DNA of 64,000 bases from an uncultured Pseudomonadales bacterium (GTDB lineage Bacteria > Pseudomonadota > Gammaproteobacteria > Pseudomonadales > Azotimanducaceae): assembly GCA_938017975.1 (NCBI GenBank), contig CALIKQ010000005.1, forward strand, positions 29,429 through 93,428, given 5' to 3'. The notes below the pieces were generated by a model. The model made no database searches and was not told where the DNA came from. It worked only from the letters and a program-made list of their open reading frames with translations. Both the position numbers and the translations under genes were made by a program. Within the stretch, counting starts at the first letter, position 1. Every line of letters starts with the position of its first letter. Positions 28,810 through 38,525 of this stretch are shown in pieces.

Positions 28810-29034
28810 GAAGGTGCTCCGAGCTTTCAATGTATGCGATGTCCTGATCATGCCCGAATAATGGCATCAGCGCATTGTGGAATCTGTTGTACAGCAGTAA
28901 GAGTATCGAAAAACATAAAAAACAGTCAATGATGACTTTTTTGCCTGAGATGCAGGTCTCTAAAGCGCGCGTTTTTCTGAGACTGGCTGGTACTGGGAAG
29001 CCTAAGAGGTTTCTAAAACTGTTGGATTTTGGGC

Positions 29035-29064
29035 AAAAAAAAGCAGGCGTTTGCCTGCTTTTTT
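29035..29064 (-). terminator. Bidirectional rho-independent terminator downstream of the TonB-dependent receptor
   Basis: The sequence is A8-AGCAGGC-GTTT-GCCTGCT-T5, a perfect 7-bp stem flanked by an A-run and a T-run. It lies 22 nt beyond the receptor stop codon. Confidence 0.85.
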
Positions 29065-29085
29065 AAACTCTGGGCCGATCAGGAA

Positions 29086-31452
29086 CTACATCTCCCAAAC
29101 AAGCTCAACGGCGTAGGTTCGCGGCGCTCCCCAACCCTGAAACCCAGTCGTCGGGCCGCCGAGGAACAACGCATGTTCCTTGAATTCCTCATCGGTCAGA
29201 TTCTTACCGAATGCGGTGATAGCAACTTGGTTGCCATTGGACATCTCCCAGCTGTAAGCCACTCGTGCATCCAGTTGAGAGTAACCACCTTCATAGAGAC
29301 GCTGATCAGCACCGCCGCCGGTATTCACCAGTAAGAAGTCTCCTACGGTCTTGTAACCGATGTTAGCGCCAAAGAAACCAGCGCCCATTTCTTGATCAAA
29401 GGCCAGACTGACCGAGAGGCTATCCTCGGGTTGACGTGAATCTGAGCCACCACCAAGGTTGCGCAGCGTACCAGCTGGGTCCAGTACGCCGACAGTGGCG
29501 GTTACGCAGCCGTCAACGACATCGCAAGGCAATGTAAATGCGCTGTTGGTGACATCGATGGTTCCGTAATTGAAGATTAGGCGAAGATTGTCGGTGAAGA
29601 ACCATTGCCCCTCTAGTTCCCAGCCCTTGGATTCGCTTTCGCCGCCATTATTGATCAAAGTCGTCGTCCCCGGGATGGACCCTGGGGGCAATGTGATGAT
29701 CGATGAGAACTGAGCAGAATCGCGATTCAGGACATAGTAGGCAAGATTTAATCTCAGCTTAGAATCGAGTAGATCGTTCTTGATACCAATTTCTATTTGA
29801 TCGGCTGATTCGGGGTCGTAGCCTGCGGTGGCAGCACCCGATGCGTTTCGGATACTAAAGCCCCCACTTCGAAAACCTTCGGAGTAGTTGAGATAAGCCA
29901 AAGAGAGATCACTGATGCGGTAACTTGCCGAGGCCGTTACGATCGTATCAGACCATGATTTTCCAGGAGTCACGTAAGCCGATCCTGGTCTCATGGGGTA
30001 GGCTCTAAAATCGTGCTCGTTGTATCCGACCGCGGTGCGATCATCATAGGTTCCCGTTGAGTAATCAAAGTAGCTGTTGAAAGCTTGTTTTGATTCATCG
30101 ATGGCACGCGCTCCCAGGGTCATCTCCAAATCATCGGTTGGCGCAAAAGTGATTGACGCAAACCAAGCATTTGAGTCTACGGTCTCTCCTGCAAGCTGCG
30201 TACTGCGTGCATTCGGGAATTGACAAAAACTTTCTAGACCGGGCGTTGCGTTTGATCTAAAGCCTGCCGCTGCGCAGGGAACATCAGCGCCAAATATTGC
30301 AAAATTGGGCAACTGCAATATGTTGTTGGTATCTTGTCTGAATTCGAGCTCAGAGCCAAAGTCGTAGTAGCCGACCATCGCAGAGAGCTGATCATTGATC
30401 TCGATATCGAGCCGCAATTCGTGGGTCCTGATCTCGTACATTTGGTCTCGAAGCGTGTGCAACTGTGCAAAAGGAATCGCTGCACCATTGATATCACCAC
30501 CATCGAAATCTTGGTTGACGATGTCATGTCCATCGGACTTTCCGCCCGCATAATGAAGGCTCAACGAGTCGGAAATATCCCAATCCAATCTGAGGCTCAT
30601 CTGGTCGACGTCGTAGCGCGTCGGTTCGACCTTGTCTGCACGGTTAACAAACCGGTTGTCGCCGTCAAAGCGCGGATCTTGCGGTAGGGTCTGCGAACGA
30701 TCTCCGATGTGATCGTAGGTCAAAACCATTTCGAGAGTATCGCTGGGTGCCCATGCGATCGCTGCCGTCTGAGACGAAAAATCAACGTCTCCGGCAGTTC
30801 TGTTGAGATTAACATTGTCATAAAAACCGTCCCGCTCGCGATCAATGGCGCCAAATTTGAGCGCGAGGGTATCGTCAATAAGCGGAATGTTGACCCGAGC
30901 CTTCATGGTTTGAGAGTTGTAGTTCCCACTCTCAATACTGAACTTTGCGCCGAATTCATTGAACTGGGGCTTTACTCGGTTTACCACGATATTGCCACCG
31001 ATGGTGTTCTTTCCAAAGAGCACGCCTTGAGGACCTCGGTTAACTTCAATGGATTCGACGTCAAAGACGTCAATCAACTGGCCGGTGCTTGAACCCATCT
31101 GAATGCCATCAACGATGACGCCGACCTGGGGACTTTGGGTCTTTTCGATATCAGCATAACCGACACCACGGATATACAGAGCACTGGCTCCCGGGCCTGC
31201 GGTGTTCATCCCGATATAGACATTGGGTACCAGACCATCAAAGTCGCGTAAGGTTGTCGGCTTAATTTGATCGATTGCTTCTTGCCCGAACGCAGTTACA
31301 GAAAGCGGAACATCTTGAACAGATTCGTCTTTGCGGCGGGAAGTGACGACCACTTCTTCCATAGCCCGATTTGACTCCTCCGCTAGGACGACGGGCGCCG
31401 TAATCGGCGCGCTGATGACAGCGATGATCGCTGCGATTCGACTCATGTTCAT
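29086..31452 (-). CDS. TonB-dependent receptor
   Basis: It has a signal peptide and a plug-domain start EEVVVTSRRKDESVQDVPLSVTAF. The 788-aa product has a beta-barrel-like C-terminal region. Confidence 0.85.
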   Translation of the reverse strand: MNMSRIAAIIAVISAPITAPVVLAEESNRAMEEVVVTSRRKDESVQDVPLSVTAFGQEAIDQIKPTTLRDFDGLVPNVYIGMNTAGPGASALYIRGVGYADIEKTQSPQVGVIVDGIQMGSSTGQLIDVFDVESIEVNRGPQGVLFGKNTIGGNIVVNRVKPQFNEFGAKFSIESGNYNSQTMKARVNIPLIDDTLALKFGAIDRERDGFYDNVNLNRTAGDVDFSSQTAAIAWAPSDTLEMVLTYDHIGDRSQTLPQDPRFDGDNRFVNRADKVEPTRYDVDQMSLRLDWDISDSLSLHYAGGKSDGHDIVNQDFDGGDINGAAIPFAQLHTLRDQMYEIRTHELRLDIEINDQLSAMVGYYDFGSELEFRQDTNNILQLPNFAIFGADVPCAAAGFRSNATPGLESFCQFPNARSTQLAGETVDSNAWFASITFAPTDDLEMTLGARAIDESKQAFNSYFDYSTGTYDDRTAVGYNEHDFRAYPMRPGSAYVTPGKSWSDTIVTASASYRISDLSLAYLNYSEGFRSGGFSIRNASGAATAGYDPESADQIEIGIKNDLLDSKLRLNLAYYVLNRDSAQFSSIITLPPGSIPGTTTLINNGGESESKGWELEGQWFFTDNLRLIFNYGTIDVTNSAFTLPCDVVDGCVTATVGVLDPAGTLRNLGGGSDSRQPEDSLSVSLAFDQEMGAGFFGANIGYKTVGDFLLVNTGGGADQRLYEGGYSQLDARVAYSWEMSNGNQVAITAFGKNLTDEEFKEHALFLGGPTTGFQGWGAPRTYAVELVWEM

Positions 31453-31593
31453 TGACTACTCCCCCAAGTTGTTTGTTGTTCGATTGTCGATGATATCTTT
31501 GGGTTTCGTCAAGCCAAGAATGGGGGCTTACTTCGCTTAAAACCCTTCTAAAATAGGTCAAGGCGAAGTCACAATGCGTTGTGAAAATTGTGG

Positions 31594-31956
31594 TTAGCTC
31601 ATCTGCGATACGAACGTGTTCAGATCAAAGTAGTCTCGCCAAGCGACGATTTTTTCATCTTTGATTTCAAAAGTTCCCATGACCGGGAGTGAGACCTTGT
31701 TGCCCGATTTCATGTCAAAATTATCGATGCGCTCGGTCAGCACAATATTGCCAGAGGCCGCAATGTTGAGGGTAATCCAATCTACGGCATTGGCCTGCAT
31801 ACCGCGAATAAACGATTCTGCCGCTGCTCTTCCCTCGAGTTTTTCCATCGGGATATTGTGATAAACCACTGCCTCATCGAGTAAGCCGATGACCTTGTCC
31901 CAGTCCATTTGATTCCAAGCTTCTATGAACGTTTCAACAGTTTCTGTAGGGGTCAT
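31594..31956 (-). CDS. Limonene-1,2-epoxide hydrolase-like / SnoaL-like NTF2-fold protein
   Basis: Length is 120 aa. Blocks VETFIEAWNQMDWDKV, VVYHNIPME, IVLTERIDNF, LPVMGTFEI.D.KI.AWRDYFDL fit the LEH family as I recall it. Confidence 0.6.
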   Translation of the reverse strand: MTPTETVETFIEAWNQMDWDKVIGLLDEAVVYHNIPMEKLEGRAAAESFIRGMQANAVDWITLNIAASGNIVLTERIDNFDMKSGNKVSLPVMGTFEIKDEKIVAWRDYFDLNTFVSQMS

Positions 31957-31997
31957 GGTGAGTCCTTTGTGCGTCCTTGAAAGTTAAATTGGGTTGG

Positions 31998-32396
31998 CTA
32001 TTGTCTTGCGGCCCACCAGTCTGCGATGGTCAGGGGATACAAACGCGCAGCGCGGTGAAGGCTCTCATCGTGATGGGGCTCTAGGGGCGCATCAACGGTT
32101 TTGGGTAGGGGATTTGCCTTTGATACCGGGTCAACATATTCCAGTCGAATGTGCTCGATCACGGCGCCAAAGTCGTGGCCCTCATGATGGTCCGAGTTTT
32201 GATGGTCATAAAAGGCCCATTTATCCTTGAAGGACAGTAAGCAATAATAAAAGTTGGGCGCTTGACCTTTAAAATATTCATAGCGTAATACGCCGGTTTC
32301 CTCGGTCAGCGTTCGCGCTACCATGTCCTCCATGATCGACTCGAATTGTTTTTCTGAACCTTCTTTAATGGTGATGTGCGCGATGATCGTTGTCAT
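31998..32396 (-). CDS. Antibiotic biosynthesis monooxygenase (ABM) domain protein
   Basis: The N-terminal ferredoxin-like pattern is IIAHITIKEGSEKQFE......T..E.G.L.YE. This is a family-level call only. Confidence 0.5.
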   Translation of the reverse strand: MTTIIAHITIKEGSEKQFESIMEDMVARTLTEETGVLRYEYFKGQAPNFYYCLLSFKDKWAFYDHQNSDHHEGHDFGAVIEHIRLEYVDPVSKANPLPKTVDAPLEPHHDESLHRAARLYPLTIADWWAARQ

Positions 32397-32447
32397 ATGC
32401 AGCCCTCTGTTCTGGATTTGGACCCCGCGGCGTTACCAACGCCAGAT

Positions 32448-33194
32448 CTAGGGAAGTTTGCCATTTTGTTGTCCACCGGAGACGTCGATAAGTTGGCCAT
32501 TAATAAATCCTGATGTCTCACAGTCGGCAAGCCAAAGCGCGGTCTCGGCAATATCATCGGTGGTTCCCATCCTGCCAAGCGGGATGTGTGGTAGAAAACG
32601 CGTTTCTGGATCTCCACCCGTGAACATCGCGTCGGTCATATCGGTTTGAATTAACCCCGCTGCGATGCTGTTGAATCGAATTTTTTGCGGACCATATTCA
32701 AGCGCAGCCACCTTGATGGCGTAATCAATACCGGCTCGCGCTGCGGCGTAGACCGCAAGACCGGGGCCAGGGAGTCGCGCGGTCAAAGATGAGATGGTGA
32801 TGACCGAGCCGCCCTCTGTCATCGCGTCAGCCGCATATCGGAAGAAGAGGAGAGCGCCTATAAAACTCACATCGAGGGTTGGTTGAATCTGATCTCGCGT
32901 GAGCGAGGCAATAGGACCGCCCGCCAAGCCCCCAGCACTGTTGATGGCGACATCGACGCGGCCTGTTTGCGCTTTGGCGCTCGCGAACAGCGCTTCGATC
33001 GACGCTTCGTCGTTCATATCGCAACTGATCCCAATTCCGCCGATTTCCTCTGCCAGTTCATCGAGTAGATGCTGACGGCGTCCGGATATCACTACCTTGG
33101 CGCCGTTTTTTGCTAACAATCGTGCTGTTGAAACACCAAAATTATGCTTGCCTGAGGCGCCTATGATGACTGCGGTTTTGCCCTCTAGACTCAT
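32448..33194 (-). CDS. Short-chain dehydrogenase/reductase (SDR)
   Basis: It has a Rossmann N-terminus (AVIIGASG...) and YAAARAG, the Y-x3-(R/K) catalytic region. Length is 248 aa. Confidence 0.7.
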   Translation of the reverse strand: MSLEGKTAVIIGASGKHNFGVSTARLLAKNGAKVVISGRRQHLLDELAEEIGGIGISCDMNDEASIEALFASAKAQTGRVDVAINSAGGLAGGPIASLTRDQIQPTLDVSFIGALLFFRYAADAMTEGGSVITISSLTARLPGPGLAVYAAARAGIDYAIKVAALEYGPQKIRFNSIAAGLIQTDMTDAMFTGGDPETRFLPHIPLGRMGTTDDIAETALWLADCETSGFINGQLIDVSGGQQNGKLP

Positions 33195-33304
33195 TGATTA
33201 CTCCTGTCATGATGCCGCAGCGTGCTTGTCACACTGCGCGGTTGGTCTGCCTGCATGCGCACGCAGAGGGGGTTGTCGTATCTTTGCATCCACTTAACGA
33301 CGCA

Positions 33305-34276
33305 TCACCGACCTGCAAGCTTTGCCACGACCGGCGCAAAATCCGTCATGGTTTGATCATTAACGGTAATGTAAGAAATGCCATATCGCGCTCGCCGGCG
33401 CTCGAGTTCTTCGCAGATTTCATCGACTGTTCCAAACAGCGCATGCGGGTGGGACCGCATGGTCTCAGCAGTTGTGCCAAAATTCTCAGCGAAGCTCGCA
33501 GCGACAGCATCGGCATGATCAGTCACAAACGTAAAATAAGCGCCGATTTCAAGCTCAATCTCATCGAACCGGCTTCCAGCGCCTTCTTTGATCCAATTGA
33601 GTTTCTTCTCAGTCTCTTCTGCGGTTGAGGTAGCGATACCGTCAGGGCCGATAATCCCTTGGCGGTTATTGAAGTTGAAGCTGACGATGTTTGCTTCTCT
33701 GCCGGCAAGCCTCAGCACCCTGGGCGAGCCGCCCCCGATCATAATCGGTGGATGCGGCTTTGTGATAGATTTCGGCAAACCATCGAATTCTTGCCAGGCA
33801 ATGCTTGAATTATTAATCTCAAGTGGCGCATCAGATGTGTAGGCTTTGGCTGCTTGCACCACATGCTCAAGCCGATCAATGCGTTCCCGCGGTGAGTCCA
33901 TTGTCAGGCCGATGGCCGCGTATTCCTCTGCAAGCCAGCCGGCGCCAAAACCAAGTTCAAGGCGGCCGTCGGACAGCAGATCAATGGTCATCGCTTCTTT
34001 AATGAGCACCACAGGAAGGTGGTAGTCGATACAAAATACCCTGCAACCAATTTTGATGGTGGAGGTTTTTGCTGCGGCATAAGCCATTGCGGGTACAGCG
34101 GCAAGATTTTGAATGGGATGATTCGTGCGAGCGAGTGCCGGCCCTGGACCGATAATATGATCAGCAAGATGAAGGGCGCTATAGCCAAAGTCTTCAGCCA
34201 TTTGGGCTCGCTCTGCCCACTGTTTCCCAGATTCAGCGTTGAAGCTTTGAACGGCAAAACGAAAAGGATGGGTCAT
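33305..34276 (-). CDS. Luciferase-like monooxygenase (LLM) class flavin/deazaflavin-dependent oxidoreductase
   Basis: The TIM-barrel LLM pattern is present (FRFAVQS....AE..GYSALHLADH, RLELGFGAGW). Length is 323 aa. Confidence 0.65.
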   Translation of the reverse strand: MTHPFRFAVQSFNAESGKQWAERAQMAEDFGYSALHLADHIIGPGPALARTNHPIQNLAAVPAMAYAAAKTSTIKIGCRVFCIDYHLPVVLIKEAMTIDLLSDGRLELGFGAGWLAEEYAAIGLTMDSPRERIDRLEHVVQAAKAYTSDAPLEINNSSIAWQEFDGLPKSITKPHPPIMIGGGSPRVLRLAGREANIVSFNFNNRQGIIGPDGIATSTAEETEKKLNWIKEGAGSRFDEIELEIGAYFTFVTDHADAVAASFAENFGTTAETMRSHPHALFGTVDEICEELERRRARYGISYITVNDQTMTDFAPVVAKLAGR

Positions 34277-34277
34277 A

Positions 34278-35018
34278 TCAGAGGCCCGCGCAGTACTTGA
34301 TTCCTCTTCGAAGCAATTCGTAATACTCCGGTTTGTCCCATGAGCCCATTTCTATATTTGGGTAATAGGGCACCATGGGCTGCATGTCGTAATGTCCTCG
34401 GCAATGCCCAAGGTTCAAATAAAGTACCTCACCGGTCCCGAGAGTTCTGATGTAATAAATGGGTCGAGGTTCATCGTCTGGCCAGTCTTCGTGTAAGAAT
34501 CCGGAGGCTTTGCCAGTAAAATCGGTGTGGAGCAACATTTCATGCGGCGCAAGTTGCTTACAAATGTACAGCTCATCATCGGTCTCGAACTCGTTGATCC
34601 CGCTCACCAAAGGATGCTCGGGGTTCGAAATTTTTACGGTGAAGGGCTGTATCGGTGGATGAGCCATAAACTGAGAGCCGAGTGTTTCCATAAAAATCGG
34701 TGCACGTTCAGGACAAGCGACGCCATTATCAGTGAATTCAAGAATAGAATTGGTGCCATGTAGGGCGAACCATTTTCCACCTTGCTCAACAAAGGTTTTT
34801 AACGCTTCTTGTTCGATTTCGCTGGGTACCAAATTACAGGTGTAAGAGATCAAAAGGTCCGAATTTTGGATGCCTTCGATATCGCTGTAGTTGCTGGCCA
34901 CGGTTGTTCTGATTCGGCTGTGCTCCGAGAGGAGCTTGAGCAGCTCCAATCGGGCATAGTCGATGTCGTGAAAATCGCCCGCTGCAACCAAATGAACTTT
35001 TATTGCAGGTTCAGACAT
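34278..35018 (-). CDS. ThuA-like domain protein (class I glutamine-amidotransferase-like fold)
   Basis: It has ...LLISYTCNLVPSEIEQEALKTFVEQGGKWFALHGT..., the ThuA-type layout. One nt separates it from the LLM gene. Confidence 0.55.
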   Translation of the reverse strand: MSEPAIKVHLVAAGDFHDIDYARLELLKLLSEHSRIRTTVASNYSDIEGIQNSDLLISYTCNLVPSEIEQEALKTFVEQGGKWFALHGTNSILEFTDNGVACPERAPIFMETLGSQFMAHPPIQPFTVKISNPEHPLVSGINEFETDDELYICKQLAPHEMLLHTDFTGKASGFLHEDWPDDEPRPIYYIRTLGTGEVLYLNLGHCRGHYDMQPMVPYYPNIEMGSWDKPEYYELLRRGIKYCAGL

Positions 35019-35033
35019 ATTTAGGTCTCCGGA

Positions 35034-35792
35034 TTAGTACTGAATGCGCTTTGTCATACCACCATCGATTACAACATTGGTCCCGGTGGTGAAGCCGCCG
35101 AGTGGGCTGATTAAAAGTGCTGCTTGAGCGGCAACTTCTTCGGCTGATCCCATACGGCCAAGGGGAATCGTTGCCAGGGTTGAATCATAAAATGCAGTCA
35201 TGCCTTGTTTGATCTTGTCCCATGAACCGCCCTCGATGAAGATAGGTCCAGGACTGATTGCGTTGACTCGTACACCTTTAACACCCAGCTCTTGGGCGAG
35301 CGCACCAGAATAGTTCAGCAAGCCTGCTTTCATCGCGTTGTAAGGGCCTGCATTCATGAAGTGTTCAAGCGCTGCGGTGGTTGAAATCATAACAACACTT
35401 GGATTGCTAGATTCCTTGAAGAAAGGTTTGCAGGCTTCAACGCCATGAACGGCTGACAAGATGTTGTAGTTAAATTGAGAAATCCAGCCTTCATCACCGG
35501 GGGCATTGCTGCCCGCAACGTTTGAGACAAAGGCATCGATCCCACCGAGGGCTGCGCCAGCCTCTGCAATCCAAGCTTTGAAAGCATCTCCATCGGCGAC
35601 ATCGAGGGCCTGGCCAACGACCTTAACGCCCTTAGCGGACAAAGCGTCGACAGCAGCAGCAACATCATCGGCATTGCGGGCACACAGCCCAATGTTGCAG
35701 CCCTCATCTGAGAGTGTTTCGGCAATGGCTCGACCGATACCTTTGGTGCCACCAGTAATAATGACGCTGTGTCCTTTAAGTTTGAGATCCAT
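35034..35792 (-). CDS. Short-chain dehydrogenase/reductase (SDR)
   Basis: It has ITGGTKGIGRAIA and YNAMKAG (Y-x3-K). Length is 252 aa. Confidence 0.8.
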   Translation of the reverse strand: MDLKLKGHSVIITGGTKGIGRAIAETLSDEGCNIGLCARNADDVAAAVDALSAKGVKVVGQALDVADGDAFKAWIAEAGAALGGIDAFVSNVAGSNAPGDEGWISQFNYNILSAVHGVEACKPFFKESSNPSVVMISTTAALEHFMNAGPYNAMKAGLLNYSGALAQELGVKGVRVNAISPGPIFIEGGSWDKIKQGMTAFYDSTLATIPLGRMGSAEEVAAQAALLISPLGGFTTGTNVVIDGGMTKRIQY

Positions 35793-35836
35793 GCTTTGCT
35801 CCTAAGTGGTAATCATTGTGGTTATTGAAATTGTTA

Positions 35837-36574
35837 TTACGGATTCACCATAACGCCGCCATCGACGGATAGCCCATGCGCGGTAATAAAATCTGCATCA
35901 TCAGTAAGCAGGAAATTAATGGCGTTGGCAATATCTTTGGGTTGTCCGAGTCGACCCAACGCGGATTTTCCCTCCCAGAAGGTGGTAAAGGTCGGGTCTT
36001 GGTTGATGGCTGGTGCCGTAATACCCGTGACAATGGCACCAGGCTGGATATAGTTGGCTGTAACGTTGTGCGGTCCGAGTTCAAGAGCCAAGGTTTTGGT
36101 GAGACCGGCAATGGCATGTTTAGAGGCGGTATAGGCGGCCATACCCACTCCTGCAAGCTGCGACATAATCGATCCGATGTTTACGATTCGACCACGGGGG
36201 CTCATTTTCAGATGGGGTATCGCGGATTTGGATAACCGAAAAACCGCGTTTAAATTGACATCAATGATGCGTTGCCAAGTCTCGAACTCCATGGTTTCCA
36301 CCGGCGCGCCACCCACCATACCCGCATTATTGATGAGGTAGTCAAGGCGCCCAGTATTTTTAATCATTTGCTGGACTATCAGGTCTGCGCTAGATGCATC
36401 GGCAACATCTGCCTGTATATAGCCAAGGGCAGGATGCGTCCATGTTCGCTCAGCGTGTTGATCGACGATCAACACTTGAGCACCTTCATTGAGCAGTCGC
36501 TCGGCAGTGGCTTTACCGATACCACTGTTTCCTCCTGTCACGATAGCGGAAAATCCGGTATGTACGTTGGACAT
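35837..36574 (-). CDS. Short-chain dehydrogenase/reductase (SDR)
   Basis: It has VTGGNSGIGKATA, NNAG and YTASKHA (Y-x3-K). Length is 245 aa. Confidence 0.8.
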   Translation of the reverse strand: MSNVHTGFSAIVTGGNSGIGKATAERLLNEGAQVLIVDQHAERTWTHPALGYIQADVADASSADLIVQQMIKNTGRLDYLINNAGMVGGAPVETMEFETWQRIIDVNLNAVFRLSKSAIPHLKMSPRGRIVNIGSIMSQLAGVGMAAYTASKHAIAGLTKTLALELGPHNVTANYIQPGAIVTGITAPAINQDPTFTTFWEGKSALGRLGQPKDIANAINFLLTDDADFITAHGLSVDGGVMVNP

Positions 36575-36748
36575 GTTGTGCCTCGAGCAAAGGAATGGCT
36601 TGGGTTTCCTGGACGCATTAGACTATGAGAGCCAAAAGAGTCAGTCAAGACTGTTTTTTTGACAAAGAAGCAGTAGGAACCCAGCTGACCTCCGACCTGT
36701 TCTGCAGCACAGTTTAATGGTCTGATTTGAAATCGACCTGGGTTCGTC

Positions 36749-37552
36749 TTAGTTTTCAGCGAAATCCGAGCGTGCACGATCAGCACTGGCCCATTTGATC
36801 GCATTCACAAGCAGTTGCTGATAGTGCTGATTCGACCATGCCACTGGATCATCGCCGCCTTGCAGGTAACAAATGGGGCTATTGCGGTAGCGCTTTACCC
36901 AACCGACTCGATCGCTACCGTTGGGCGGGAACCAATCCTTGTTAGAATTCATCTCTCCCCGCTGGACGACCGCCGCTGCTGAATAAAACTGATCGGGGGT
37001 AAAAGCAAAATCGCTTGAGAGCAACGGCTCGATCTCGTCTTCGAAGACTTCGAACAAGTAAAGCTCATCAGTCATGGAAAATTGCTCGGGCAGTCCTTGA
37101 GTCACCGGATGTTGGTCGTCTACAACGCGAACAGTGTGTGTCACATGGTGTCGATAACCGCTATCGGACACGGGTTTACCGTTTATTACTGTGCTGGTGT
37201 AGCGGAATCGCCCACCGATAATGCGCCCATATTCAGGCCAGGCCGGCCAGCCGGCGATGGCATGATGGAGAAACACCATCCCCTTGCCGGCTTCAAGCAG
37301 TTTCAGGAAGTTGGCCTTAAAGGCGGGTGAAGGTTGTCTGTAGTGGGGGCCACCCGCCTTAAAGTCGATGCCGGGCATATCGTAGAAAACGAGACAATCA
37401 TATTCGGCAGTCAGCTCGGGGGTAAGCACTTCGGTGGCAAGCGGTTGCTCGACGTGGGTGTAATTGATGGACAGAGAGTCGAAAAGGTCAAAGAAAGGGC
37501 CTTTTTCAAAGGGATGCCCTTTGGTGACCAGCAGGATGTTAAGAGGCGTCAT
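36749..37552 (-). CDS. ThuA-like domain protein (second paralog)
   Basis: It has NILLVTKGHPFE...YDCLVFYDMPG...LLEAGKGMVFLHHAIAGWPAWPEYGRIIGGRF. I chose the internal ATG at 37552, but no clear SD supports it, so the start is uncertain. Confidence 0.55.
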   Translation of the reverse strand: MTPLNILLVTKGHPFEKGPFFDLFDSLSINYTHVEQPLATEVLTPELTAEYDCLVFYDMPGIDFKAGGPHYRQPSPAFKANFLKLLEAGKGMVFLHHAIAGWPAWPEYGRIIGGRFRYTSTVINGKPVSDSGYRHHVTHTVRVVDDQHPVTQGLPEQFSMTDELYLFEVFEDEIEPLLSSDFAFTPDQFYSAAAVVQRGEMNSNKDWFPPNGSDRVGWVKRYRNSPICYLQGGDDPVAWSNQHYQQLLVNAIKWASADRARSDFAEN

Positions 37553-37560
37553 AGCTCGAG

Positions 37561-37572
37561 TGACTGCAGTCA
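37561..37572. promoter_or_regulatory. Perfect 12-bp palindrome TGACTGCAGTCA in the TetR/ThuA divergent intergenic region (candidate TetR operator)
   Basis: The sequence is its own reverse complement. It lies 9 nt upstream of the ThuA-like ATG and 54 nt upstream of the TetR start. Confidence 0.35.
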
Positions 37573-37625
37573 GCGTTTGAAGTAGTATCAACGGCATTAG
37601 GAGTCGAGTAAAGAAGAGAAAAGGC

Positions 37626-38300
37626 TTGGATGCGAGACGAGAGGGGCCTGATCCTCAAAAAAGCTGGCAAAAAACGAAAAGTGAGCAAACCAAGATGCTC
37701 ATTCTTGATGCGGCGCTCGATAGTTTTTTTGATTTAGGATTCAATCGAACAACCACAGAAAAGATTGCTCGACGGGCGAAGGTCTCTAGAGGCGCAATGC
37801 TCCATCACTTTCCCCAGCGAACTGATCTCGTTCAGGCGGCTGTCGGTCATTTAAACTCAAAACGGCTAGAATTATTCGAACAATCGTTGTCCAAACTCAA
37901 TGAAGGCAGTGAGTACACGCTGCTTGAAGAAGGCATCGATGCTTTTTGGGAGCAACTGCAGTCCCCTTACTTTGCGGTGTACTGTGAACTCCTCAGCGCG
38001 TCGAGAACTGATGCAGAACTTCGTGCAACTTTGGAGCCTGCTATTCGGGAGTTTACTCAGGCTTGGCGCCAAAAATCTGAGCAAATTTTTCCTGACTTAG
38101 CTTTGTCCAATCAGTACGGACTCGCCACTGCGCTCACCCGGTTTTTATTGGAGGGAATCGCTTTCAATGCGCAGTCGATGGAGGCGCCGCCCTCATCGAT
38201 GGCGGCCGAGGAGTTGATCGGCTGGCTGAAATCGTCGTTGCGAGAGCTTTTTAAGGATGTTGCTTTGAATAAGGCGGAGGTCGAAGATTCAAAGCAATAG
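37626..38300 (+). CDS. TetR/AcrR family transcriptional regulator
   Basis: The N-terminal HTH is ILDAALDSFFDLGFNRTTTEKIARRAKVSRGAMLHHF. It is divergent from the ThuA/SDR operon. The start is uncertain: TTG 37626 is used here, and the next in-frame ATG at 37695 would truncate helix 1. Confidence 0.8.
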   Translation: MDARREGPDPQKSWQKTKSEQTKMLILDAALDSFFDLGFNRTTTEKIARRAKVSRGAMLHHFPQRTDLVQAAVGHLNSKRLELFEQSLSKLNEGSEYTLLEEGIDAFWEQLQSPYFAVYCELLSASRTDAELRATLEPAIREFTQAWRQKSEQIFPDLALSNQYGLATALTRFLLEGIAFNAQSMEAPPSSMAAEELIGWLKSSLRELFKDVALNKAEVEDSKQ

Positions 38301-38525
38301 TTCCTGGATCGATGTTTGGCTTGTTGCTGTCCTGGGAGCGGATGCGAGACTGGGGCCACAATGGTCAAGACCCGGGGCGCGGTTGACCGGTTTGGGGCAG
38401 GTGTGGGGCAGGTTTGGGTCCAGATCAATGTAAGCAGGTGTGACCTAGCGAATTCGCCGAAAGCGACCTGAAATCCATCCTTTAAAGACGTAGAGTCGAT
38501 GAATCAAAACAATAGGAGACCTAAC

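Noticed and set aside
38393-38420. Short tandem repeat TGGGGCAGGTG-TGGGGCAGGTT-TGGGTCC downstream of the TetR gene
   Set aside because: There are only about 2.5 copies of an 11-nt unit in a non-coding spacer. This is too short to call a functional repeat, and no matching copies were seen elsewhere in the window.
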